A stretch of 64,000 nucleotides of DNA from positions 27,280,001 to 27,344,000 of the forward strand of contig NC_043012.1 of the NCBI RefSeq assembly GCF_006345805.1. The letters are read 5' to 3'. Positions within the stretch are counted from its first letter, which is position 1. Each line of letters starts with the position of its first letter. Positions 52,631-64,000 of the stretch are shown here, piece by piece. This DNA is from Octopus sinensis (Eukaryota). Made by a program: the position numbers and the translations under genes. Under the pieces are notes generated by a model. That model did not search any database and had not been told where the DNA came from. It saw only the letters and a program-made list of their open reading frames with translations.

Positions 52631-53362
52631 GTTGAATTTTCTGCTGCTTTAAATAAAGCATATTACTCTACCACTGGTGGAGGGGCTTGATGGCTGCATA
52701 GTTATGATTATACCTCTTATATTATTTATTTATTTATGTTTCTGGCTGTGTTTGTGGCTATGTATGTGTATGAGTGTATGTGTGTGTGTATACATATAAT
52801 TATGTATGTATGTGCGATGGATCTGTGGATGTGCGTGTGCGCGTTTCTTGACTAACTAACCGTAAAATTTCCTTTGTGATTCAAATTTAAAACTATAAGC
52901 CAATCGAATCATTCTAGAATAATCAATATCAAGCGGACAGAGGAATTAGACTTACAGATATGTAGATGTCTGATTGATGTACTTGGTACAGTCATGGTTG
53001 TATTTATTATTATTATTATTATTATTAATATTAATAGTAATTTTTATCGGCTTTTGTAGGGTTATAATTTTATGAACTGAACTGTGGGTTTTTTTATTAT
53101 TTTTTATGTATATATGTCTGATTTAAATTTAAATGTGAGTGTGCATATATTTTCCTTGAGGTTAGTTATGGAACTAGGAGTCCGATATGTAGAATAACTG
53201 TGTTTGTTAATGTATATTGATATATTTTGTTTATTTTGTATTATTGTATTAATGAGTATATATATATGTGTAGCATTATGAGTGTCTATGCACACATTTT
53301 TATATTTTATATTTTTATATTTATATGTAAAAAAATTTTTTCACACTTATATTATATTAAAT

Positions 53363-53473
53363 TCTCTGAAGAGGCTGTGGGACATCCTTGTTAATGTCTC
53401 ATTTATACCTGCCTTATATGGCTTATAGGTTAAATGAGGCATACTTATCCTCACGGCCGAAACAGCTGTCAGA
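53363..53473 (+). ncRNA. Type I hammerhead with ~86-nt extended stem II (family D)
   Basis: TCT-CTGAAGA-GGCTGTGGG...CCTCACGGCC-GAAAC-AGCT-GTC-AGA. Inner helix ATGTCTCATTTA/TAAATGAGGCAT. Confidence 0.8.
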
Positions 53474-53654
53474 TATGATATAATTATATATTATATTTTA
53501 TATTTTATATTTCTATTTCCTTGTCTAATTATATTTACAATATATTTTGTATAATGCCTTTGCTGTTATGTAATGGTGTAATAAAGTATTGATTGGGTAT
53601 TATCTGATGGTTGATGTTTGATTGATTTAAGTATGTTTCTCCATTTTCTAATTT

Positions 53655-53692
<38 letters not shown>

Positions 53693-53833
53693 GTCCAAAA
53701 TCACACAGTTGGAGGGAGTAAGAGAAAGAGTAGTAGAAGTGAAGGGAGAGGAGAGAAAATAGTAATTCAGTAAAGAAGGAGTGAGAGAAAGTAATAGCAA
53801 TGAGTGAGAGGAAGTGACAAATTCTGTCTGTCT

Positions 53834-54418
53834 GGGACCCCTGTATCTCAGTTTGCATTTGCTCTTCATAGACATACTACATCTTTTTGGAATCAGGATG
53901 ATCCCAGGATTGAAAATCTGTCCATTACATCCCTAGCAGGTAAACCTTGGCTGATGATATCAGAAATTAAGGGGGAAATAAATGATATTCGCTTCATTAA
54001 TTTTATGTCGAGATAAAAACTTGGGTATAAATTGGCTAACATTTGGAATTAAAATTGGGACTGGAGCAATTAATTTTCATCCATCCTTAACCACTGATCA
54101 AACACCATTGGGGCATATAATCATTATGGGACCCCTGTATCTCAGTTGCATTTGCTCTTCATAGACATACTACATCTTTTTGGAATCAGGAGATCCCAGG
54201 ATTGAAAATCTGTCCATTACATCCTAGCAGGTAAACCTTGGCTGATGATATCAGAAATTAAGGGGGAAATAAATGATATTCGCTTCATTAATTTTATGTC
54301 GAGATAAAAACTTGGGTATAAATTGGCTAACATTTGGAATTAAAATTGGGACTGGAGCAATTAATTTTCATCCATCCTTAACCACTGATCAAACACCATT
54401 GGGGCATATAATCATTAT
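53834..54418. repeat. Head-to-tail duplication (294 + 291 bp)
   Basis: The copies are identical apart from three 1-nt deletions in copy 2. Confidence 0.9.
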
Positions 54419-54844
54419 AGACATATTATTGTCATGCTATTCAGCTCTCTATAGTTTTGGGGCACAAGCCTAATTAGCTTTCCACAGGAGCTAGCTTAAA
54501 AGTCCACACACTCTTTTAAGCTAGTTTAAAATAAAAACCAGAAAAGCCTAAATTCTACACTTAGTTCATAATATAATTGTCATAATATGATTGTATTCAA
54601 CAGCTGTTTCAATGGCATTAAATAATTCATAATTATTTATATAATTATGTAATTAAAATACACAATTATTAATTTAAGTGATGTATTGTATTATCAGGAG
54701 AGAAAATGGTGATTAGGAAATCATTAATAATATAATACAAAGGAGAAAAAAAATCTGAAGACCAAAAAATATACATAAATATATAGTCTCACAAACATGC
54801 ATATAAATTGAGATATCCATAATAGAGTATATTTATATGTGTAT

Positions 54845-55065
54845 ATTTATTTCTTTACTGCCCACAGGGAACTAAACATAGAGGGGACAAACAAAGACAG
54901 ACAAAGGGATTTAGTTGATTACATTGACCCCAGTGCATAACTGGTACTTGTTTAATCGACCCTGAAAAGATGGCAAAGTCAACCTCGGCAGAATTTGAAC
55001 TCAGAATGTAAAGACAGACGAAATACCAATAAGCATTTCGCCCAGCATGCTAATGTTTCTGCCAT
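54845..55065 (-). mobile_element. SINE with a Deu/Nin-like core
   Basis: ATCGACCCTGAAAAGATGGCAAAGTCAACCTCGGCAGAATTTGAACTCAG. Confidence 0.6.
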
Positions 55066-55539
55066 AGTATTTTCTGTGTCTCAGTTACTAAATTATTACT
55101 AGTTCTCAACAACATCATTAAAACAATTAACCAACTTATTATGGTATCAACATTTGAAAATAGGAAATTTTTCATTTCAAAGGAAGTAACTTATTACAAA
55201 ACATAAACAGGAATATGAATCAAAATTCTGAAGATGTGTCTATTCAGAAAACAAACATTTTTAAAAAAAAATTATTTTTCATAATAAATTATTTTTTAAA
55301 AAATGTCATCTGTATATTTAGCTAACTTTCTAGCAATCTCTGTACAGCCATCTATCTCAAATAGTTCAAATAGACTGACAGATAGACATGAGTAGTTATA
55401 TAGAAAGAGTCCAAAATCACGCAGTAGGAGGGAATAGGGTAAAGAGTAGTACAAGTGAAGGGAGAGGAAAGAAAAGAGTAATCCTTGAAAACATGCTACA
55501 ATGGATTCTTCTCTGACCCTGTGAACTATCATTTTAAAA

Positions 55540-55990
55540 ATCTAACTTCTAACATCTCAAAGGTGATGAAATCAGCCTTCTCCAACACCTCAATACATTC
55601 TCCCATTTTAATGACACCAATACGACTTCCATAGAGCCAGTTTCTCCATTAAAATTTACTATTCTTTGTCATTCCCTAGTGGAATTCATTCTTGAAAATT
55701 TAGTAAAAAGTGTTGCTGTACTCCACATAAGTAAAGCATTTAAATATGTCTAGTTCTTGAATCTCCTGGAAAAATCTCTTTGGAACCAGTGGTGTCCTGT
55801 CAGATCATACTATCATGAAATGTGATGGAGGTCTCTGATCCACACTATCAAATCAAATGTGCCCCAAGGTTTGGTTTTGTACTTGACATTCTTCCTTCTA
55901 TAGATATGAATGACCTACTGGACATCACTGCCAACAAATTCCACTCCTATTTGTTTACACCTTGTTGTAGTATTTACAGTGTTTATATCT
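55540..55990 (+). mobile_element. CR1/L2-type RT fragment
   Basis: ..VPQGLVL..FLL*I*MNDLL-like motif (GTGCCCCAAGGTTTGGTTTTG..ATGAATGACCTACTG). Confidence 0.55.
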
Positions 55991-56885
55991 AACTGCTATC
56001 AGAAGAGAAATTCAGTAGTTAATAGTCCCTGTCCAGGTATTTATTTGAGGTTGCATAGAAATGTTTGTTACTATACTTTCAAAGAAATCTTCAAAATATT
56101 ATACAAAATAACACACCTATCACTTCTGCATACTAAGAGTAAAATATCAAATCTTTGAATTGTTACCAATAATTTAGATGTTTAATAATTTAGATGTTCT
56201 TTGATTAGTGAATTTACTTGTTTAGGGAAAAATGGGACAAAAAGTTATGAGCAATAAACTATACAGTTTAGAACCAATATTTGCTGTAGTATCACCATCA
56301 CTGCTGAGTTTCCAATAGATAAATTTCTCGGGATGCAACCTGATGGATTACATGCTAATGTCAGTCAAATTAACATACAATGAGTAACAAGACATCCAGC
56401 TGAGAAACTTGAACTCTTGATCCACTGGCCCTTTTTGACATTATGGATCTTAGCTTCCAACATGTTAGTTTGTACTGTACGTTCTCATGCATGGAAACAG
56501 AAGTATTTCTTGTTGATTTGATATGTATATGGCCAAATAAGACAGTTTATCAGTCCACATACACAGAGCCATTTGTCAGAAACTGCTATCAATAAGCACC
56601 TAAATTTATCTTGCACATAATTATTTCTATACACTTTGAAAGACTTGTCACATGGTCAAACACATTTTGAAACATATTGTTCACAATTTAACTCTGATAC
56701 ACAACTAATATTACATATATGGCAGTGTCTCAGCATAGCCACAACTCACAGGCTGAAATAGGTAAAATAAAAAGCATATAAAAACACAAATATAGAGTTT
56801 GGTTTACTAAAAAGACATTTTAACTGTTCATTTTTTTAAACATTTTCTCTGGACATTCTCTCTGGGCTGGTATGCACATTGCATG

Positions 56886-57693
56886 TGAGGTGGTATCAAA
56901 AAATTCCTAGATTAGTTCTGTAGCATGCTGACAGATGGCAGCAGACAGTTGCATGCGCAGTGAGAGCTAGCAGTGATCTTTATGAAGCAGTGTGCCAAGT
57001 GATATCACTGTTTTTACTTCGCAAGTTGTGAAATTTGTGATCATGTATATGCTGTAATCTATAATTTTTGTCATGGACAGGAAGCTGAGACAAAGAGCCA
57101 ACGTGAAATTAAACTTGGGAAATCTGCTACAGAGACATTGAGCATGTTTTGGCAAGCTTACAGTGATGAGGCAATGGGTTGTATGCAATGTTTCGAGTGG
57201 TATGGGTGCTTCAAAACAGCTGCAACTCAATCAAGAGCATGTTCATGGTTTTTTTTTATATCTGCAGTATTGTGCATCAACAATTTGTCCCTCAGAACCA
57301 GACCGTCAATCGAGAGTTCTACTGCGATGTTTCCAAAAGTGACCAGATCTGTGGAGCATGAAAAATTGGATTCTTCATGACAACAATGCATCATGTCACT
57401 GAGCTCTCCTCACTCATGTATTTCTTACCAAAAACAACACCTGCACCTGCAGACTTCCAAGATGAAAAGGCAGCTCAAAGGTTGTCATTTTAACACCACT
57501 GTCAAGATCAAAAGCAAATCAGACTTGCTTATGAAAAACGACTTCCAGGCTGGATTCCAAAAGTGACAGGAAAGCTGGGACTGGTGCATTACTATGCAAG
57601 GAGATTATCTTGAAGAGATGATGTTAAAACTTAGGTAATTAAGTTATTTTTTATTAAACATAACTAGTCAGGGAACTTTTTGATACCTCCTTG
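56886..57693 (+). mobile_element. Internally deleted mariner with both TIRs
   Basis: TIRs GAGGTGGTATCAAAAAATTCC / GGAACTTTTTGATACCTCC. KSATETLSMFWQAYSDEAMG..FEW; HQQFVPQNQTVNREFY. Confidence 0.85.
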
Positions 57694-58458
57694 CAATTTG
57701 TAAGCTATAATAAAACGATATCTTTTAATGTTAGAAAAGGCTCATCTCATACACATTTATAAAACACTTCGCTCTTTTCTCACCAACAACAATTACAACA
57801 AACTGTATACGTTTACATTTGTAAACTAAAACAAATGCATCACTTACTATAATGATTTTTATGATTCAAATTGATTCTGAATATTTTTTCCTGTTTGGGG
57901 CCAATTGATTTTTTTTTTTTTTTTTTGAATTCTTTAATCCCATATTATAGAACACAGAACTCATAGGACTGTTCAAATATACTCATTCTCTAGAATGAAA
58001 TTAATTCTACTTTGTATATGATGTTTAAATACTTCTAATGGAGCACCCTCATTTTCAATGGTGCAGCTATCACTTTAAGTCAGTTTTAAAGCATATTCCA
58101 AATAATTTTTTCAAGACTTCGGTTGCTTTCAACATCTATAATAATCAAACCTTTTGTTACAGTAAACAAAACTATGTATTAGTTCTCTGCTCCAACCAGA
58201 TGTACAATGGTGACAAGATAATGAAAGGTATAAAACTAACTCACTGATTTTGCAAACAATGCATTCGCATGATGTATACTCTTAAAATGACAGATGAGAT
58301 TTACTATAATTTGACCTGAAAACAAGCGTCTCTAGGACTGCAGGCTAAAAGCTCATACATTATCATATTAACATGAAAATAGATATACATGACATTAATA
58401 AAGCATTGTTACAATAAGTATATATGCATGTAAGTAGAATAAAGAGATTTTTACATAC

Positions 58459-58528
58459 CCAATAGCTCTTGGTAAACTGGTTAATTTATTGGATTGTACA
58501 ACAAGTCGCTGAAGTTTTCTCAATTGAC
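58459..58528 (-). CDS. SHOC2: SHOC2/SUR-8-like LRR scaffold, internal exon (70 nt, phase 1 to 2): (G)QLRKLQRLVVQSNKLTSLPRAI(G)
   Basis: TTCTAG acceptor and GTATGT donor. Phase is compatible with the upstream exon. Peptide resembles SHOC2 [22 protein letters not shown]. Confidence 0.9.
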
Positions 58529-59999
58529 CTAGAATTTAAAAAAATCATTATTTAACCATAATCATATTAGTTGATTAATGTCAAGAAAAAGTTAATATTT
58601 CCTATGTGTTTGCATATTGATATGAAATTGATTTCTGCAGTAGTTGGGAAAACAGAAAAGCAACAATGAATCTTTTGTTGGAGGAGGTACAAACTTAAGA
58701 GGTATTAATAAACAGTACAGATCCTGAAAAGGAGAGCAAAAGAAAAAAATTTAAGGAACCCTCTATGAAAATTCAAAGAAGTGAACAAGAGAGCGGAACG
58801 TTTATGGAATTTAATAAAAATAGATAGACATAAATACTATGTACAATCCTAACTTTCATTACTAGATAGTTAATTTACACTGGAGAACATGAAGGCAGAG
58901 TACAAAACTTAGAATGGGTCTGAATGATAAAAAATGCTCTTCTAAAGATGGGTTTCAAACTTGTTCTTGCAAAAGCTTATTCAATCAACTCTTAAAGTTC
59001 TATACTGCAGCTAAACACAACTGTTGCCGCATCCCAAACCAAATAATATCACAATTCAAATCGCATTGTCACTTAGAATTAAGCACCTTCATGTGTGAAA
59101 CAAAGTTTAGCCTGATTTTAGAAAGAACTCTCAGTCAAAAGACTTCCTGTTTGCATATTGTAAGTTCATTTTTTTTTTTTTTGTATTTGAGTGAGTGACT
59201 TTCTCTAGATTTTCTTTCTTCAAGGACAATGGCAGTTAATACATCAAACAATAATTTGATGATATTAGTTACTGAGTTATTTATAAATCTATTTATTAAT
59301 GGAGTAATCAGAAAATAGCTTGGTCTTGGAGAAAATAATCTAAGTGAAAATTTTAGTGTCATCTGTACACACCATCTATTTAAATGCTATCAGAGTTTAT
59401 CAGTTCTGAGCGTGAGTGTTCATGCAGTTGATACTGCTACTGAGTGAGGGCATAATTATTGTAATAAGAATAAATAACACTAATTTGTTGGACATTAAAA
59501 AAAGCCTTTGAATAGAGGAGATGAAGGCCTATCTTGGAATTCATTGTGCAGCTTCCAAAGCACAGAGATTAAGTGGAGCAGAAATTCAGCTCTGAAGATG
59601 AGAAATTGATACCCAGAAATCAATATCTTGTAAACTCATATAAAAACACTTACATGTAATCAGCTTAACTATATTCAACTTATTGGACAGGCAAAAGTGA
59701 CATGACAACAAATGGAAACTACATTCACAATTTACACCCATAATTATCATAATGTCATCCAAATTCATGAAACAGTTAAATTTTAATGATCTTTTTTCTT
59801 CAAATAATTGAATTTCATCAAAATTGCTAGTTTCTGACTGAACTAGAAGTAAGTACCACAGGATCTTAAGAGTGAATGGGACAGAGATAAAAATATTCTA
59901 TTGTGTAAAGAACACATGAGTATATTTAAGTTCAGAATATAGTACTAGTTGAAGAGGAACATAGGGAATACTGTTCATTAGATGTGCAGTATTGAATTT

Positions 60000-60470
60000 T
60001 AAGAAATGCTGTAAGCATCCTCTTCATTATTTTATATTTGTTTTTCTGTTGCCACAGGCTGGACAGATATTACAGTGTCTCATTTCTTGCATAGGGCCTT
60101 TATCTATGAACTGGATTCACAGTTGGAGTCTAGGGTTGCTAGGGATAAAGGTTATCATTGTGATGTAAAGGCTTTAGTTAACAAGTTATAGATGAAAAAT
60201 CATAACCTCCCATAATTAAGGGAAAAGTTTCATTACCAATGGAGCTAGCAATGGTAAAGTACAATAATAGACTAAAGTGGTTTGGCATAAAGGTAATCAC
60301 TGTTATGGAGATAGAGTGGAGGAGCTTACAGAGTTAGTTAGGAGGAACAGCTGAGAATGAAGCTGTTTCAATAACATAGGAAGCGGATTTGCTAAGATTC
60401 CAGAAGACCTTATCGCAATAGAAGATGAGTAGGGGGTTGGCAGGGTATTTTATACCAGGCAGAGTCTCTG
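60000..60470 (-). mobile_element. CR1-like LINE 3' fragment
   Basis: Degenerate RT C-terminal-like reading (..ANPLLIFYC..). Confidence 0.4.
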
Positions 60471-60994
60471 GACATTTATTTCATTGAAAGTAACATATGT
60501 TACTTCTAAATATTTATGATTACTATTTCCAAGTAAATATCATTTGCTAGTCTCCTCAGAAATAAAAAAAAGTAATAGAATATTTCTTAGCTTATCTTCA
60601 TTTGTCAAGCAATATTTATGCCAAATGTCCATAGTGTCACAACTATGGCTTCCTGTTCCTAGTGACCATTCAATGCCATGCTGAGGAGAAATCTAATTAA
60701 TTTGTCAGAGGTTTTTGCCATACAGTTCAGAGACTGTTGACAACTTCTAACATGTAAGTTGAAAACAAAAAAGAAATATTAGTTAATGTACGCAAGTATG
60801 TACACAAGTATGGGTATGCAATGTAATATGAATGGGTGATACATTCAGAGTGAAAAAAATATGAGATGGCAACAGTAGAAATAGATATAAAAGACGTACT
60901 CAAGGTAACAGAAGATAACTTTAAAGAAGAAACAGTGAGCAATACTAAGAACTGTTTTGCTAACTGTTAAAAAATATAGCATTCCTTCCGACAT

Positions 60995-62580
60995 ATCATC
61001 ATCATCATCGTTTAGCATCCACTTTCCATGCTAGCATGGGTTGGACAATTTGACTGAGGTCTGGCGAACCAGATGGCTGCACCAGACTCCAATCTGATCT
61101 GGTAGAGTTACTACAGCTGGATGCCCTTTCTAACGCCAACCACTCCAAGAGTGTAGTGGGTGCTTTTACGTGCCACTGGTATGAGGGCCAGTCAGGCGGT
61201 ATTGGCAACAGCCACACTCAAATGGTGCTTTTTATGTGCCACCTGCACAGGAGCCAGTCTAGCGGTACTGGAAATTACCTCACTTGAATGTTTTTACATG
61301 TACCACCAGCACAAGTGCCAGTAAGGTGACGCAAGTAACGATCATGCTCAAATGGTACTTTTTATGTGCCATCAGCATGGAGGCCAGCTTGTTGCTCTGG
61401 CAACGATCACGCTCGTATGGTGCTCTTAGCGCTTTACTAGCACAGATGCCAGTCATCGAATTTGATTTCGATTTCACTTGCCTCAACAGGTCTTCGCAAG
61501 CAGAGTTTAGTGTCCAATGAAGGAAAGGTATGCATAAGTGGGGTGGTTACACCCTTGGCATAGGCCATAAGGTTATGGTCTCACTTGAGCTTGCCGAGTC
61601 TTCTCATGCACAGTATATTTAAAAAGGTCACGGTCACTAGTCATTGCCTTGGTGAGGCCCAATATTCAAAGGTCATGCTTCACCACTTCATCCCAGGTCT
61701 TCCTGGGTCTATCTCTTCTACAGGTTCCCTCAACCGCTAGGGTGAGGCACTTTTTCACCCAGCTATCCACATCCATTCTCGCCACATGCCCATACCAGCG
61801 CAAACATCTCTCTTGCACACCACATTTGATGCTTCTTAGGTCCAACTTTTCTCTCAAGACACTTACACTGTTGAGTATGCACACTGACATTGCACATCCA
61901 TCAGAGCATATTAGCTTCATTCCTTGTGAGCTTATGCATGTCCTCAGCAGTCATGGCCCATGTTTCACTGCTATGTAGCATGGCTGTTTGTACACATGTG
62001 TCAGACAGTCTATCTTTTACTTTGAGCGAGAGGCCCTTTGTCACCAGCAGAGGTAAGAGCTCTCTGAACTTTGTCCAGGCTATTCTTACTCTAGCTGTTA
62101 CACTTTCAGCACACCCCCCTGCTACTGACTTGGTCACCTAGGTAACAGAAGCTATCGACTACTTCTAGTTTTTCTCCCTGGAATGTGGAGGAAGTTGTTC
62201 TCCGCACATTTTCAGTGTTTATTGCTCCTGAGCATCTGCCACATACAAAAACTATCTTCCTAGTTAGCCTTCCTTTGATATTGCTGCACCTCTTATGTGT
62301 CCATGGCTTACACTGGGTACATCTTATAGAGTTTCTACCTACACCTTTTCTACAGATCGAGCAGGGCCATCTACCTGAAGGGATTTGTGGTTTGCCTGCC
62401 TTCCTACTTATTAGGACTTTGGTTTTCACTAGGTCTAAAGCCCTTCGATTCTAACCCTTGCTTCCACACTTGAAACTTCTCCTCTAGTTCTGGTAGTGAC
62501 TCAGCAATTAGAGTAAGGCCGTCAGCATAGAGGAGCTCCAAGGGGGCATCCTGTCTTGAGAAGCATCCTGTCTAGAGGAG
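60995..62580 (-). mobile_element. RTE LINE 3' 1.6 kb: RT end, Cys-rich motif, 3'UTR minisatellite, (GAT)n tail
   Basis: MKTKVLISRK..WPCSICRKGVGRNSIRCTQCKPWTHKRC..FCYLGD; GVQERCLRWYGHVARM. Confidence 0.9.
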
Positions 62581-62938
62581 CATCCAACTTATATAATGAG
62601 ATATCACTTAAAAGGAAACACCCCAAAATAAATCAAGTTAACAGGCAAAAATTATAAAAGGTATCATGTACAATACACAACAGATGTCTTATTATACAAC
62701 ACACAAGTTTTGGAAAAAAACCCAACTCACTTCCAATTCAAATAGATTTAATGTAATTTAACTTCTAAAGTTTAATAGAGAAACAGTGAGTTACTTTAGT
62801 TTTCAGATAACAACTCGTTTTCTGTTTAAATAGAAATGCAAATTTTAAAATCAATAATCAGTTTGAAATTCATTTTAATATTAAATACTTTTTAAATACT
62901 TTCAAGTCAAATTACACAGATGAGGAGAAAAAACTTAC

Positions 62939-63026
62939 CAATTTCTTGAGGTAAATTTTCCAGTTTATTTTCTTCTAAATCCAAGACTCTTAACTTTTTC
63001 AAGTTACCTATTTTTGCTGGAAGTTT
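62939..63026 (-). CDS. SHOC2: SHOC2/SUR-8-like exon (88 nt, phase 0 to 1): [29 protein letters not shown](G)
   Basis: TTTTGTAG acceptor and GTAAGT donor. Resembles SHOC2 [29 protein letters not shown]. Confidence 0.92.
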
Positions 63027-63383
63027 CTACAAAACAAAAAATACAGAAAATTATTGAAGTTCATAATTTATTATTTAAAAAGCAAGAAGTGGCAAATATT
63101 TACCAAAATGTATGAAGAATATATAGTGTTACTTTTATTGCTGAAATGATTTTTATCTGAAATAAATCCATTTGAAATCATTAAGCTTACAAAATATTTC
63201 TGTGTAATTTTTTCATGAAAGTATTTGTGATTTTCATTAATCAAATTAAATTAAAACAAAGGATCTGAAAATACTTTTGAAATTATAATGAAAATTATAA
63301 TGTTGGATTCTAAGAAGAAATTGTGGAGCAAATGACAAATATATGGGTTTTAGTCATGTTCTTCTTAAATATACAGATATATA

Positions 63384-63684
63384 CAAAGGTTGGACAAAAT
63401 AATGGAAACACCTAGCATCATAACTTTGAAATATCTATAAAACTGTCAAAAGCTTGTTTATTATTAGTGTTGTTTAATATGTTTTGCTAAAATTGCTGCT
63501 TCTTTTCAGATATCAGAAAAAGGTATTTAAAATTCATTAAAATGACAGATCTGTTGGACTCTCAAAGAGGTCAAATTGTTGGTACTCATACAATTCAAAC
63601 TTTGTACGAGTCCATACCTCATAGAATTCAAGCTTTAATTACTGCCAAATTTTAAGGTGTTTCTATTATTTTGTCCAACCCCTG
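63384..63684 (+). mobile_element. Tc1-derived MITE / deletion derivative
   Basis: TA-flanked TIRs CAAAGGTTGGACAAAATAATGGAAACACC / GGTGTTTCTATTATTTTGTCCAACCCCTG. Confidence 0.85.
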
Positions 63685-64000
63685 TATATGCAGAGAATAT
63701 AATAGTTGAAATTAGTAAAAACTTTCAAGTGAAGTACAGATAACATCAGAGAAACCACTGAAATTCTCAGCACAGCAGTATAGGTCAACAAATACAACTA
63801 GACAAATGCACACCACTTTTAACATGATAGGCTTCAGAATCAACAATAAAACAAATCAAAATTTTTATAGACTTTGTACATTCAAGCTTCTTAGAAGGTT
63901 TCAGTGTAAAGGAAGGCTGAAATTAAAAGTCAAACTTTTGGTAAATTCAATGCTTAGAATAAAACTCCAAATTAACAAAATGTCTATGCTTGGTAGAAGG

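Noticed and set aside
53834-54418. Possible NUMT
   Set aside because: No frame under the invertebrate mitochondrial code resembled a mitochondrial protein I recognise.
54596-54700. Minus-strand CTGATAA...GAAAC-AGCT-GTT hammerhead-like arrangement
   Set aside because: G8 is mutated and neither stem I nor stem II pairs convincingly. Excluded from counts, but if real it would weaken the strand-bias finding.

Overview
AT-rich, microsatellite-laden eukaryotic DNA. The SINE and RTE-LINE families look like those of Octopus (cephalopod); this is inference from repeat motifs, not a database hit. The only host-gene sequence found is two minus-strand exons of a SHOC2/SUR-8-like LRR gene (63026-62939 and 58528-58459). 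Its remaining C-terminal exons were not found, so positions 1-58458 may be one very large intron. The rest is mostly transposon debris: RTE, CR1 and R4/Dong-type LINEs, tRNA-derived SINEs, Penelope-like elements (PLEs), Tc1/mariner, hAT, Helitron and Gypsy/LTR pieces. The most notable signal is 13 type-I hammerhead ribozyme (HHR) motifs, read by eye, falling into about 6 sequence families. They sit in PLE pseudo-LTR-like units that mostly lie in (TA)n tracts and form foldback or tandem structures: a 427-bp-arm palindrome at 4883-5791 and a ~502-bp retrozyme-like unit at 13027-14137. Stem II shows covariation between two subfamilies. The HHR motifs are skewed to the strand antisense to the putative host gene. 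Repeat boundaries are approximate unless TIRs or TSDs are quoted.
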